A stretch of 64,000 nt of DNA from Desulfobacterales bacterium (GCA_963674755.2 CAXXVS010000002.1:2272001-2336000); one strand, 5' to 3'; counted from the first letter of the stretch, positions 37,988 to 48,709 are shown. Program-made: numbers and translations. Notes: generated by a model from the sequence alone, not told the origin.

Positions 37988-38926
37988 ATGAAAAAAGCCA
38001 TAGGGTATGGATTAATAGGTGTAGCAGTCGTTGCGGTCATCTTGGCTGGATTTTACTATCTGTTTCCTGAAACTGTGTTCAAGCTGGCACTGAACACGCA
38101 ACGACGCGCTGCCGATTTAATCAAAAAGGAAATTCAGGTCGATGGCCAAAAAGTAGTCTACCTGGAAGGCGGAAAGGGAGAAACCGTCTTACTCCTTCAT
38201 GGGTTTGGAAGCAACAAGGACACCTGGACGGCCTTTGCCAAATACTTGCGGGGGTATCATTTGGTGATCCCCGACATTGCCGGTTTTGGGGAAAGTTCAC
38301 AGGTATCAACGCATCGCTACGATATTGACAGCCAAGTGGGGCGCATCGAGCGATTTGTGGAAGTACTCGCTCTCGATAAATTCCATATGGCGGGAAATTC
38401 ATTAGGGGGCGCTTATGCCGCAGCCTACGGGGCTAAACATCCCGAGAAGGTGTTGACGATGGCTTTAATAGACACGGCCGGAGCGCCATCACAGAATAAG
38501 AGCGAGTTCGCCATGCAGCTGGAAAAAGGCAATAATCCCTTCCAGATTAACAGCATCGAAGATTATAACAGGCTAATGGATTTGGTTTTCACAAAGCGGC
38601 CCTCAATGCCTGCGCCTTTCAGAAAAATTTTAGCAGCCGATTGGATCGCCCACACAGAGTTCAACATGAAAATATGGAATGACATGCAATCAGTCGAATT
38701 TTCCAAATTTTCCATAGGCCCCGCCCTGTCACATATTCAGGCGCCGGTCCTGATCATATGGGGGGATCAAGACAAAATAACCGATATTGGCGGGGTTGCC
38801 TTCATAGAAAAGAATTTAAAAAATTACGAAACCGTTATTCTTAAAGACACGGGCCATTGTCCCATATTTGAAAAGCCTGAAGAAACAGCGAAAATATTTC
38901 GAAATTTCTTGGAGAAAAAAATTTAA
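37988..38926 (+). CDS. Alpha/beta-fold hydrolase (lipase-like)
   Basis: LLHGFG, PDIAGFGES, GNSLGG, WGDQD, GHCP. Confidence 0.92.
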   Translation: MKKAIGYGLIGVAVVAVILAGFYYLFPETVFKLALNTQRRAADLIKKEIQVDGQKVVYLEGGKGETVLLLHGFGSNKDTWTAFAKYLRGYHLVIPDIAGFGESSQVSTHRYDIDSQVGRIERFVEVLALDKFHMAGNSLGGAYAAAYGAKHPEKVLTMALIDTAGAPSQNKSEFAMQLEKGNNPFQINSIEDYNRLMDLVFTKRPSMPAPFRKILAADWIAHTEFNMKIWNDMQSVEFSKFSIGPALSHIQAPVLIIWGDQDKITDIGGVAFIEKNLKNYETVILKDTGHCPIFEKPEETAKIFRNFLEKKI

Positions 38927-39065
38927 ATATACCGGGTAGTGAGTTTTAGTATCGCCAAATCGTCCGCAAAACTCACGGAATTGGGCCAGCTGATATTTAA
39001 CTTGAACCAAAGCTGAAAATCATTGCCATCCCAGCCGCATCGCAAGCACTTGCCGGAAAGACCTG

Positions 39066-40265
39066 CTAGTCGATGTTGAGCATCTTCTTCCCCATGGCGA
39101 CACGCTTCTCCAAATCGGCGTCCTCCAGTTCTTCGGCCACCTGCTCCAGAACGTCGGGGATTTGGATCTCCTGGGGGCATTTCTCCAGGCATTCACCGCA
39201 CTGCACGCATTGGGAGGCATAACCGGCGGTGCCGGAAATGATGCCGCTCAAGCGAATGGCATACAAGACCTTGCCCTCCTGGGGATTGCCGAACATGTGC
39301 ATCTTGTTGTAGACCTCGAAGCAGCCGGGGATATGCACTTCCGATGGGCAGGGCAGGCAGTAGCCGCATCCGGTGCAGCCCACCTTCATCAGCGCCTTGT
39401 ACTTGCGGCCGGCTTCTTCCACCAGCGTGCGTTCTTCCGCGGTCAATGAATTGGGAAGCGCCTCGGCGGCGATGGCCAGGTTCTCTTCGATCTGGGCTTC
39501 GTCGTTCATGCCGGAGAGCACCACCGTGACCTCGGGGTGGTCCCACACCCAGCGCAGGGCCCATTCCACCGGCGTGCGTACCGTCGCCGCCTTTTGCCAG
39601 ATGGCCGCCACCTCCGGCGGCGGGGTGGGCAAGGCCAGGTTGCCGCCCCGTAGCGGTTCCATGACCACCACGCCCAGGCCCTTGGATGCGGCATAACGCA
39701 GCCCCTCGGTGCCGGCCTGGTTTTCCTCGTCCAGATAATTGTACTGGATCTGGCAGAACTCCCAGGGGTAGGCGTCCACGATCCGCTTGAAATCAGGCAA
39801 CCTGCCATGGAAGGAGAAACCGGCATTGACGATGCGGCCGTCGGCCTTGGCTTTATCCAGGAAGTCGATCACATCCAGGGCCTCGAGCTGGTCCCAGGGC
39901 TCCCCAGCCAGGGCATGCAGCAGGTAGTAGTCGATGCGGTCGGTCTGAATCTTTTCGAGCTGGGCGTCGAGGTAGGTGTCCATGTCCGCCCGGCTTTTGA
40001 TCATCCAGGAGGGCAGCTTGGTGGCGATCCGGACCTTGTCGCGATAGCCGCCAGCCAGGGCCCGCCCCATAACGGCTTCGCTCTCCCCGGCGTGATAGGG
40101 CCAGGCCGTATCCAGGTAGTTGACCCCCTGGTCGATAGCGCTGCGGATCTGCTGAATCGTCCGCGGTTCATCGATCTTGCCATCCTTGGTCACGGGCAGC
40201 CGCATCAACCCGAACCCCAATATAGATAGTTCGTCCCCGGTTTTCGGTATTTTGCGATACAGCAT
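39066..40265 (-). CDS. Aldo/keto reductase with C-terminal 4Fe-4S domain
   Basis: LGFGLMRLP, DTAWPYH, IATKLP, VMEPLRGG, CTGCGYCLPCP, CVQCGECLEKCPQ. Confidence 0.93.
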   Translation of the reverse strand: MLYRKIPKTGDELSILGFGLMRLPVTKDGKIDEPRTIQQIRSAIDQGVNYLDTAWPYHAGESEAVMGRALAGGYRDKVRIATKLPSWMIKSRADMDTYLDAQLEKIQTDRIDYYLLHALAGEPWDQLEALDVIDFLDKAKADGRIVNAGFSFHGRLPDFKRIVDAYPWEFCQIQYNYLDEENQAGTEGLRYAASKGLGVVVMEPLRGGNLALPTPPPEVAAIWQKAATVRTPVEWALRWVWDHPEVTVVLSGMNDEAQIEENLAIAAEALPNSLTAEERTLVEEAGRKYKALMKVGCTGCGYCLPCPSEVHIPGCFEVYNKMHMFGNPQEGKVLYAIRLSGIISGTAGYASQCVQCGECLEKCPQEIQIPDVLEQVAEELEDADLEKRVAMGKKMLNID

Positions 40266-40965
40266 AATGTCCTCCAGTCATATTGGGCCGGTGTGCCAAT
40301 CGGTTTTGGGACGCCGGCAAGTTTCTTTAATCTGCGTGATCTCCAGCTTTCCCGAAAGCAACTTGCGACAGCATAAACTGTTTCTGGTCGTATAGGCAAG
40401 ACAGCCGGCATAGCCCGGCAACTACCGATAGATTCACGGACATCTCAAGTGCAACGTCCCTTACCCGACCCACGCGGATTCCCAGTTTGCCGAACGAATC
40501 CTCGAATGCGACGGCAGGGTTGGTATCCTTGGTCGTGCATTATTTCCTTCCACCGCTCCCGGGTTGCCACGACCGGCGCGTTGTGGTACGTGATCGGCAT
40601 CTATCCTATTGATTCAATGTAGCAATTTTGCAATTGAAGTTAGCGAGCAACGGACATTATCACGGCCACCGGGGCGTTCTATGCTTATTCCTTTTGGGCC
40701 CTGCATGCAAATGCACATCTGATGAACTTTTAGGTATGCTCCATGGCGCGATGAACCAAAGATGATCTTAGGGAAGCCCATATCCGCAACATATAAATCA
40801 AAGAAGATGGAACCTACGGCAGAATATTGTCTAAAGACTTTCAATGAAAATCTGAACCGGATTTACCGACATTAAGGTAAAACGCCCTACGCCTGGTTTC
40901 CACTTGTTTACCACCGTGAAAAAATCCTGAATCGGAAAAATTTTCCGTCAACGCCGGTTTCAATC

Positions 40966-41100
40966 ATGGACATTATCCAAGCCAAAGCGCCACATGAGAT
41001 CGATGAAATCCGAAGACTTTTTCGGGAATACGAAACCTACCTTGAGATTCATCTCCACACCATTGCTGAAATGTACGCTGCCAGGTATGTTTGGCATTAA
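40966..41100 (+). pseudogene. GNAT acetyltransferase N-terminal remnant
   Basis: MDIIQAKAPHEIDEIRRLFREYETYL; its upstream 40 bp are repeated at 42980-43022. Confidence 0.55.
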
Positions 41101-41222
41101 AATGATCGAGAACGGATTCGAGGTGATTTTCTGATACAGCGGAGTTTGAATCACCCTAAAGTTCGGACACATTACATATGCGCAACGCAAAATCGGACAA
41201 GTTGTTCAACAGAAAAAAACAG

Positions 41223-42125
41223 ATGAGCGGGATACTTCACATCACAAGCGGCGACATCGCCGGCGAAAGTTTGGCCAAGTCCGAGCTTCCGGGAGAAGTC
41301 TTCGTCTGGCATGACATCCTCTATGACGGACCCCGGCAGCCCGGTTGGCCGGATGAAAAGACGCTCCGTGCCCGTGCGCTGTTTCTGGAGGCGTTCACCG
41401 CCGGCGGTTTGGACAGGGACCGCATTCTGCAAACGTTGCATACCCAGTATCAAAGGCTGGCGGAAGCAGGATCTTATGAACAGATCGTTCTGTGGTTCGA
41501 TGCCTGTCTCTTTGACCAGTCCATGCTGGCCCATATCCTCACCTGCCTATCCCACCAAGGGATCCTGAAGGCGGAGCTTCTGTGCGTCGACGCCTTCCCC
41601 GGCATCCAGCCCTTCCACGGACTGGGGCAACTGCAGCCGCAACAACTGGCATCCCTCTATCCCAACCGGCGTTCCGTCACAGACGCGCAGTTCCGGTTGG
41701 CCGCTGTCGCGGACGAGGCCTTCGCAACCCAGGATCTTGCGTTGCTTACCGAACTGTCGGAAATGACCGGACCGCCTTTACCCTGGGTTCCGGCGGCAGC
41801 AACGCGCTGGCTGCAGGAGCAGCCCGACCCGGCCACTGGACTAGGACGGCTCGAAAAACTGGCCCTCGACGCGATTCGGGCCGGCTGCCAAACACCGGGC
41901 AGGATTTTTGCCTCGGTGGCGGCCGCTGATACCCCGCCCCAATTCTGGGGAGACACAACCCTGTGGGCCAAGATCAACGGACTTGCGGACCGTATCCCGC
42001 CGCTGGTGAAGATCGAAGGACCTGCGCCCAGGTTGCCGCAATGGGAGCGTCCCGTGTCGCTCAAAGCCTTCAGAATAAAAGCTTGCCCGGATCGGCCGTT
42101 AGACACGGCAATTGAAAAGCGCTAA
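41223..42125 (+). CDS. Hypothetical protein (DUF1835-like)
   Basis: LHITSGD..G, VWHDILYDGP, IVLWFD..LFDQ, FWGDT. Confidence 0.75.
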   Translation: MSGILHITSGDIAGESLAKSELPGEVFVWHDILYDGPRQPGWPDEKTLRARALFLEAFTAGGLDRDRILQTLHTQYQRLAEAGSYEQIVLWFDACLFDQSMLAHILTCLSHQGILKAELLCVDAFPGIQPFHGLGQLQPQQLASLYPNRRSVTDAQFRLAAVADEAFATQDLALLTELSEMTGPPLPWVPAAATRWLQEQPDPATGLGRLEKLALDAIRAGCQTPGRIFASVAAADTPPQFWGDTTLWAKINGLADRIPPLVKIEGPAPRLPQWERPVSLKAFRIKACPDRPLDTAIEKR

Positions 42126-42201
42126 GGATAAACCGGATTTTTCATTGCGGTAAGTAAAAATGTGCTCGATTTATCGCTGAACCAAATCAAACGAGGTCGT
42201 C

Positions 42202-42948
42202 GTGAAGCGCCTATTCCTGTTTCTGCTTCTTTTCATATCAGGAACCATCTATCCAGCCCATGCCCAGGAAATTGCCATCGTTACGGAAAATTATCCGCCC
42301 TATCATTACGAGCATAACGGCGTTGTCGTGGGCCAGGGGACCGAAACGGTTCAGGCGGTTTTAGACGTATTGAACATCAAGGCCCGCATCGAGATATACC
42401 CTTGGGCACGCGCTTATTATATGGCGCTGCATCATAAAAACACGCTGATTTTCGGCATCGCCCGAACCCCGCAACGGGAAAGTTTATTCAAATGGATCGG
42501 CGTATCCTCTCCGGTGCGCTATTGCCTGTTCGCATTGACAAGCCGCAACGACATCCGCGTACGCACCTTGGAAGACGCCAAACGATATAAAATCGGAACC
42601 GTTCGAGATGACATCGTCGAGCTGTATTTGTTGCAGAACGGGTTTCAAATAAGGACGAATATCGAACCCAACAGTTCGTTTGAGGCTAATTTCAAAAAAT
42701 TGACCAACCAGCGTATTGATCTGTGGGGAGTGGCGGATTTAGCCGCACACTATATCGCCCAATCCAACCGATACCCGAAAAGCATTATAAAAGAAGTCTA
42801 TTACCTGAAAACGTTATCTGCCGGGGGCGCGTATATGGCGTTCAGCAAAAATACCCCTGACGACTTGGTCGATCGATTCAGGGAAGCACTTAAAAAAATC
42901 AAAGCCGATGGAACCTACGATCGAATATTGTCCAAATACGTTCAGTGA
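42202..42948 (+). CDS. Extracellular solute-binding protein, family 3
   Basis: Signal peptide; TENYPPY, YPWARA, RTPQRE.LFKWIG, IKADGTYDRI. Confidence 0.9.
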   Translation: MKRLFLFLLLFISGTIYPAHAQEIAIVTENYPPYHYEHNGVVVGQGTETVQAVLDVLNIKARIEIYPWARAYYMALHHKNTLIFGIARTPQRESLFKWIGVSSPVRYCLFALTSRNDIRVRTLEDAKRYKIGTVRDDIVELYLLQNGFQIRTNIEPNSSFEANFKKLTNQRIDLWGVADLAAHYIAQSNRYPKSIIKEVYYLKTLSAGGAYMAFSKNTPDDLVDRFREALKKIKADGTYDRILSKYVQ

Positions 42949-43017
42949 AAACATAGCGCTTGAGATGCGTTGCTGAAATTGATCCGGAAAAGTTTTCCGT
43001 CAAAGCCGGCTTCAATC

Positions 43018-43280
43018 ATGGAATCAAACGGTTGTATGTCCGCCCCTGCGCCCGGGGCCGGGGTCTTGGCAAACGGATTGCCAAACAACTGATTCGGGAG
43101 GCGGTTCATCTGGGATACGCCGTCATGGTTCTCGACACCCTTGAGCGGCTGGAGGCGGCCACTCAGCTTTACCGATCATTGGGTTTCATGAGTGCGGAAC
43201 CCTATCATGACAATCCGCTATCCGGGATCGTTTATATGAAACTGAGCTTGCGAAATCCGCCGAAACAAATCATCAGATAG
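43018..43280 (+). pseudogene. GNAT acetyltransferase C-terminal remnant
   Basis: IKRLYVRP..RGRGLGK...LDTL...A..LYRSLGF; the ATG at 43018 is out of frame and the N-terminal half is missing. Confidence 0.7.
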
Positions 43281-43388
43281 GCATGGCCCACGCTCTTGGC
43301 TGATTATAGGCTAAAAAACAGCTTCTAAAATTTTGGACACGCGATAGCCCGCCGCCTGCTGGCAGGGGGCCTCGCTAAAACCATTATT

Positions 43389-43952
43389 ATGCCAACCGTA
43401 TTTTCACATCCCGCAATTGCCTTGGCGACAACACCCCTATTGCAAGGTTTAAAAAGAAAACCGCTGCTCGTCATTTCCGGTGCATTATTAACCGTTTTGC
43501 CCGATCTCGATGTTGTTGCGTTCAAATTCGGGATACCCTATAGTCATATGTTTGGTCACCGGGGCATCAGCCACTCCATTTTATTTGCCTTTATGGCCAG
43601 TATCCTCTTTACCTCTATCAACAGGCAAAAGGGCTTAGACAAGAATCTGCTTGTTTGGGGATATCTTTTTATCTGCGGTCTGAGTCACGGCTTATTGGAT
43701 GCCGCAACAAACGGCGGACTTGGCATAGGACTGTTTTTGCCATTCTCGGCCGAACGGTTTTTCTTTCCCTATCGCCCCATTGAAGTTTCGACGCTGAGCA
43801 TCACCAGGTTCTTCAATGGGCAGGGCGGGTTTGTGCTCCAAAATGAAATATTGTACCTATGGTTACCCGCCATCGGCCTGTTTCTATTGCTCTATGTGCT
43901 GTTAAGGATTTTCAAAACCGTTTCAGGGCATCAACACCCGAATCGATGTTGA
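43389..43952 (+). CDS. Membrane-bound metal-dependent hydrolase (YdjM/YbcI family)
   Basis: LPDLDV, GHRGISHS, SHGLLDA.TNGGLG. Confidence 0.9.
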   Translation: MPTVFSHPAIALATTPLLQGLKRKPLLVISGALLTVLPDLDVVAFKFGIPYSHMFGHRGISHSILFAFMASILFTSINRQKGLDKNLLVWGYLFICGLSHGLLDAATNGGLGIGLFLPFSAERFFFPYRPIEVSTLSITRFFNGQGGFVLQNEILYLWLPAIGLFLLLYVLLRIFKTVSGHQHPNRC

Positions 43953-44416
43953 TCACAGAAATGCCGGATATCGAGATCACGCCATTTGAAATTTCGCTCT
44001 ATGATGACGTTTTAGCCTTATGGCAGTGCTGCGATGGTGTGGGTTTGAGCGATGCGGACTCATGGGAAGATATCCAGAAATATCTGGAGCGCAATCCCGG
44101 GATGAGCTTTATTGCTTCGTCTTCCGGAAAAATCGTGGGTGCCATACTGGCAGGCCATGATGGCAGACGTGGCTATATCCATCACCTGGCGGTACATCCG
44201 GATTTTCGCAAAAAGGGGGTGGCGCGTCGTCTCGTCGATTGCAGCATCGCGAAACTAGAGGATTCCGGCATCCGCAAATGCCACCTCTTTGTCTTCAACA
44301 ACAACCATGCCGGTCTTTCATTTTGGCAGAAGATCGGGTGGCGCCGCCGCCTGGAATTAAGTATCGTCTCCAGGCAAACGGCAGAAGACCGATCTCAAAA
44401 CCCACCGCCCCCATAA
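43946..44416 (+). CDS. GNAT family N-acetyltransferase
   Basis: GHDGRRGYIHHLAV, RKKGVA, FWQKIGW. Confidence 0.9.
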   Translation: MLITEMPDIEITPFEISLYDDVLALWQCCDGVGLSDADSWEDIQKYLERNPGMSFIASSSGKIVGAILAGHDGRRGYIHHLAVHPDFRKKGVARRLVDCSIAKLEDSGIRKCHLFVFNNNHAGLSFWQKIGWRRRLELSIVSRQTAEDRSQNPPPP

Positions 44417-44444
44417 CCGTCATGAACCGGAAGGGAAATTTGCA

Positions 44445-45026
44445 ATGAACGTCGTAACGCTTCTGGGCAGTCCCCGAACCAACGGGAATACGGCAACCCT
44501 CGCCAAAGCCTTTATCGATACCGCGGAAGCGTCGGGGGCCGAGGTACAGACCTTTCTGTTAAACAAGCTGGACGCAAGGGGCTGCCAGGCCTGCAACGCC
44601 TGCAAGACGAAAACGGATCGATGCGTGATCGAGGACGGCCTGACGGATGTGTTGGAAGCCGTAAGGAACACCGATGTCCTGGTGGCGGCAACGCCCATTT
44701 ACTTTGCCGATGTTTCCGCACAATTCAAGATCTTCGTCGATCGCTGCTACGCGTACCTGGAGCCTTTTGACGACATGCCCACGCACAGCCGTTTGGCGAC
44801 GGGCAAAAAATTCGTCCTCATCACCGCCCAGAACCGGGACGAGAGTCTGTTTGACGAGGTTTGCACCAAATACCGGATGATTTTTAAGTTTTTAGGATTT
44901 CGGGAAACGCATCTCGTCCGGGGTTGCGGTCTCAGGGAAGCGGACGCGCTGATAAAGAAAAACCGCCAGGATCTTATCGAACTCTCCAAAGAGACGGCCC
45001 GCAATGTGTTAAACCGGACGGCGTAG
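44445..45026 (+). CDS. Iron-sulfur flavoprotein / NADPH-dependent FMN reductase family
   Basis: GSPRTNGNT, CQACNACK...C, ATPIYF, K.FVDR. Confidence 0.9.
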   Translation: MNVVTLLGSPRTNGNTATLAKAFIDTAEASGAEVQTFLLNKLDARGCQACNACKTKTDRCVIEDGLTDVLEAVRNTDVLVAATPIYFADVSAQFKIFVDRCYAYLEPFDDMPTHSRLATGKKFVLITAQNRDESLFDEVCTKYRMIFKFLGFRETHLVRGCGLREADALIKKNRQDLIELSKETARNVLNRTA

Positions 45027-45290
45027 TGAAGACAGACCCAAATGATTCATCCACGGATAGACATCCACACCCCCCTTGGATTTTCGGGGAAAACCCCGGA
45101 AACTTGAGTGAAAGGGGAATCCGTCAGCTTCTATTCATTGGAATTCAGCCGGTGGCAGTTGACAGCAGCCCCGTTTTAGGCGCATTTTGCCAGACAACGC
45201 CCTTCCGTATTGCTTTGAAACCTCAAAGGGCGTCTGATCCCATGATATTGCTGGTCGGCACGCATCCATTAAACGTTAAAAGTTGATCTT

Positions 45291-45653
45291 ATGGCACCCA
45301 AATATCGAATTGAATCCCAAGACGGCATTACGACGATCCGCTTTGCCGCTATCCCTGAGCTGGATGACATTCGCCAGGCAATCGATGATGTTGTCGAAAA
45401 CTATCTGAGTGGGCTTAGGATATGGGATTTTAGCAATGGTTTTAGTCTGACCGACGCCGAGCTGAAGCAGCTGGCCGAATACGGCAAGTCAAAATTTTCG
45501 ATTCCTTCGAAGGTCGCCGTTATCGCACTGAATGACCTCGCTTATGGGGTGGCGCGGGTTCATGACGTTTACCGGGAAGATGGGTTTTGCGAACAACGGA
45601 TCTTTCGAACAGAGCAGGAAGCACGCGCCTGGCTCCTTAGCCAACGGCCATAA
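45291..45653 (+). CDS. Hypothetical protein (SpoIIAA/STAS-like)
   Basis: KVAVIA..DLAYG..R and IFRT..EA.AWL pattern. Confidence 0.7.
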   Translation: MAPKYRIESQDGITTIRFAAIPELDDIRQAIDDVVENYLSGLRIWDFSNGFSLTDAELKQLAEYGKSKFSIPSKVAVIALNDLAYGVARVHDVYREDGFCEQRIFRTEQEARAWLLSQRP

Positions 45654-45755
45654 CCAGACTTTCGCGCCTATGCGAGACATCTATCGACTTACCGACCGAC
45701 CTGCCGCACCCTTTGACAGCCCGGGGCAAACCCATCCCGACTGACCTCGATTGTC

Positions 45756-46607
45756 ATGATTGAAAAGCTATACATCGGCACCAGTGGCTATTCCTACCCC
45801 GAATGGGTGAAAGCGGGTTTTTACCCGCCGGGCACCTCCGGCAAGGTGATGCTTGAATCCTACGCCCAACGGTTCTCCGCCGTTGAGCTGAACTATACCT
45901 GGTATCAGATGCCTCGGCCGAGCGCCATCGAGCGTCTGGCCATACGCGCGCCGCAGGGCTTTGTCTACACGGCCAAGCTGACGCGGACCATGACCCATGA
46001 AATCGATCCCGGCGGCTGGCGCACCCAGGTGAAGCAATACCGTGAAGGCATCGCCCCGCTCGTCCTCGAGCGGCGCCTGCTGGCCATTCTGATCCAGCTG
46101 GGGCCGCGCTTCGGGCGAACCGTGGAAAACCGCAAATACCTGGCGCGGCTGCTCGATGAACTCGCGGCCCTGCCCCTGGCCGTGGAGTTTCGCAACCGCT
46201 CGTGGGCGGACGACCGGGTGTTTGCCGAGCTCGAACACCGCCGGGTAAGCCTGGTGGCCGTGGACGCGCCGGATGTAAACGCCATGTTTCCCCGCCTCGA
46301 TGTGGTGACAAACCCGGACCTGTTTTATGTGCGGATGCACGGGCGCAACGCCCGGGGATGGGGATCGGGAAACAAGCAGCTTCAATTCGACTATGACTAC
46401 ACCGAAACGGATTTGGCGCTCTGGAGCCGGGACCTGATCCCCCGGATGGCGGACAGGGCCAAAACCGGAGTCGTGTTTTTCAACAACCATGTCCGCGGAC
46501 AGGCGCCCCGCAATGCCCGTTTGCTGACCGACCAGCTTGAAGCCGAGGGTTTTTCACCGAAAACCGGCGGCGGATATATGCACCCATCCGGAGGCATACC
46601 GGTCTAA
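45756..46607 (+). CDS. DUF72 family protein
   Basis: IGTSGYSYPEW, VELNYTWY, AVEFRNRSW, YVRMHGRN, FFNNH. Confidence 0.92.
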   Translation: MIEKLYIGTSGYSYPEWVKAGFYPPGTSGKVMLESYAQRFSAVELNYTWYQMPRPSAIERLAIRAPQGFVYTAKLTRTMTHEIDPGGWRTQVKQYREGIAPLVLERRLLAILIQLGPRFGRTVENRKYLARLLDELAALPLAVEFRNRSWADDRVFAELEHRRVSLVAVDAPDVNAMFPRLDVVTNPDLFYVRMHGRNARGWGSGNKQLQFDYDYTETDLALWSRDLIPRMADRAKTGVVFFNNHVRGQAPRNARLLTDQLEAEGFSPKTGGGYMHPSGGIPV

Positions 46608-47165
46608 CCGGGTCAGGCCCGGGAAAAGCGTCTGCGCCCAATAAAAGGCGCCTTGACCTTCAATCCTTTTTCATTATGGTACAAGGAGGGCCAGCATGCC
46701 TTCCTGCATCATCTGAGCGCCGTCTTCGGCTACCATGAGATGCTGATCGTCAAACCGATGCGCTTCTAACGCGCCCGCCCATGGATGGCGCTTCACTAAT
46801 GAGTGACCAGCTCGAACGCCTCCCGTTTCGAGTTACAGATCAATTCATGAATGTCCCATTTGGTTCCGTTGTCGCGGGGTTGTTCCAGCTTCTGAGCCAT
46901 GACGACGTGTTCGCCGAGTGCCCGCAGGGTAATCATGCCGTAGACGGCTACATTTCGGTCCTGCTTCTCTTCCATCTCCTTCTTGAGTCGCGTGCGTTCC
47001 TTGGCGTCATCAGCCTCTTCGATCCGACGGAAATAATCTCGAAGCGCGTCAAAATACTTTAGAGGTGCTGAGTGACATATGGCATCTCCTTCACGGGTCT
47101 ATAGGGCTTTTTATGCTTCTTCTCCTGGCGTTCGAATGGAGACCATTCTAAATTTGCTCTTGCAG

Positions 47166-47268
47166 TCGCGGATAGGGATGCCGGTTAACCCTTACAGAAA
47201 GCCGTTACCGACTTTCTCCCGGCAGGGACTTACACCCTGCAAGATGCGCCGAGCTTTGCTCGGCGCGA
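47166..47268 (-). mobile_element. Miniature group II intron derivative (5' end fused directly to the 3' end) starting in an attC core
   Basis: About 80 nt nearly identical to the 5' end of 49305-50147, joined to a domain VI-like end TAACCGGCATCCCTATCCGCGA. Confidence 0.75.
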
Positions 47269-47339
47269 TAACGCCAGTTTAACCGGCGTTTATCGGAGCG
47301 TAGCGGAGATAAACGTCCGTATTTAAACTTTTGTTACGC
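47266..47339 (-). repeat. attC site
   Basis: cgataac...gttacgc with internal palindrome. Confidence 0.8.
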
Positions 47340-48143
47340 TTAGGTGATTGATTTTGAATTGTTTCCAAATTTAATCAGCGGTCTCGGAAGAAATATTATT
47401 GCGATAAATGCAGCAACTCCCCAGAAAAGAAAATTGTACTGTTTCCGGTAGTTGACTGCAAACGCAAGGAAATTGGCCGACTCGTGTAGTAAGATTGCCG
47501 GTAATACACTTCCTTGGGCTTTGTATATAAATAGTGCCATGACAATCGTCCAACAAGTAAGCAAATATATATAAAGAATAAGGGAGTCACCATATTGAGA
47601 CGATCCAGGTGCAAAAAACAGAGGCAGATGCCAGAGGGCCCAGAGAGTGCCTACAACAAGACTGCCCCCAAGTGATCCCAGCCTATTTTGAAGTTCTGGC
47701 AGTGCAAATCCTCTCCAGCCGATCTCTTCACCAAGCCCGTTATAAACCAAGAAAAAAATCATGAAACCCAAGGGCATAGATGGCGAAAACCAATTGTTAG
47801 GTAATTCAGCTTCTGAAATCAAGACTGCTGTCAATGTACTTGCAGCCGCAATCACCAGTGGAGTCAATATTGCTGCAATGTACCATATTATATTGAAACG
47901 CCAATTTAATGAACGCTTTATTAGATGATGAAGCCCATATTTCCCATTTGTTATCAACAATGAGGTAGTAGCCGCAATTAAGGCTGCTGGAACTCCGATA
48001 AGGACAAGTAATCCACCCAATTGTCTAGGATCGTAAGTGAAAGGTATTTCAAACAGTTTTCCAATACCAAACAAAGCCCATAGTATCGAATACGAAATCA
48101 CGACATACAGAATGAGATGAGATAGCTGAGTCTGTTTTGCCAT
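47340..48143 (-). CDS. Cassette: CPBP (CAAX/Abi) intramembrane metalloprotease
   Basis: GEEIGWRGFALP, WALWHLP, LLH...N. Confidence 0.92.
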   Translation of the reverse strand: MAKQTQLSHLILYVVISYSILWALFGIGKLFEIPFTYDPRQLGGLLVLIGVPAALIAATTSLLITNGKYGLHHLIKRSLNWRFNIIWYIAAILTPLVIAAASTLTAVLISEAELPNNWFSPSMPLGFMIFFLVYNGLGEEIGWRGFALPELQNRLGSLGGSLVVGTLWALWHLPLFFAPGSSQYGDSLILYIYLLTCWTIVMALFIYKAQGSVLPAILLHESANFLAFAVNYRKQYNFLFWGVAAFIAIIFLPRPLIKFGNNSKSIT

Positions 48144-48189
48144 ATTTATGTACCTAGATATTTTCTTAATCTAGTAAAACCACAATTAA

Positions 48190-48319
48190 GCATAATGCAT
48201 TTTTCAGAGGCCGGGCGGCGATTGTCGAAAATGAACCGCTGAAAGACATTGTTTATATTTGTTTTAACCTTAAAAAAACCGCGCCGTAAGCCCGGTCCCA
48301 CTGCAAAAAATTGTTATCT
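48190..48319 (-). repeat. Long attC site with mutated core (ATT instead of GTT)
   Basis: gcataat...gttatct; arms pair (tgcatttttcag.ggccgggc / gcccggtcccactgcaaaaaa). Confidence 0.7.
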
Positions 48320-48697
48320 TCTTTCCTCATAATCCCAGTAAGATTCATAAAATGTATCATGTAACATCAATTCATCTGTTTCATCAGAGGAAAGACTTTC
48401 ACCATCCCAATCCTCAATTTCAATAATGTTTGGTTCAGTTACGCCATCTATGAGAGAGCATAGATGAAAACAGGGATACGCACATGCATCTTTAATAATT
48501 TTCTTTAGCGCAGCTTTTGCTGTATCTGATAATTCCAGTTTTGAAAGTGCTGAAATCTCATCCTGACTGAGTTCTATTCCCGGAGGGTAATCAGGCGAAG
48601 GTTTTCCATTTATTCCTAAGGCATTAATTGCAACTTCTGCAGACTCTTCAATTGCAGCATGTATTTCGGCAAAAAGTGCCTTCTTACTTTCATTCAT
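48314..48697 (-). CDS. Cassette: hypothetical protein
   Basis: Single ORF between attC sites, RBS GGAG. Confidence 0.8.
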   Translation of the reverse strand: MNESKKALFAEIHAAIEESAEVAINALGINGKPSPDYPPGIELSQDEISALSKLELSDTAKAALKKIIKDACAYPCFHLCSLIDGVTEPNIIEIEDWDGESLSSDETDELMLHDTFYESYWDYEERR

Positions 48698-48709
48698 ATT
48701 TTCTCCAAA

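Noticed and set aside
46764..46800. TTCTAAC at 46764-46770 as another attC
   Set aside because: No matching GTT core or convincing hairpin; at most a terminal half-site.
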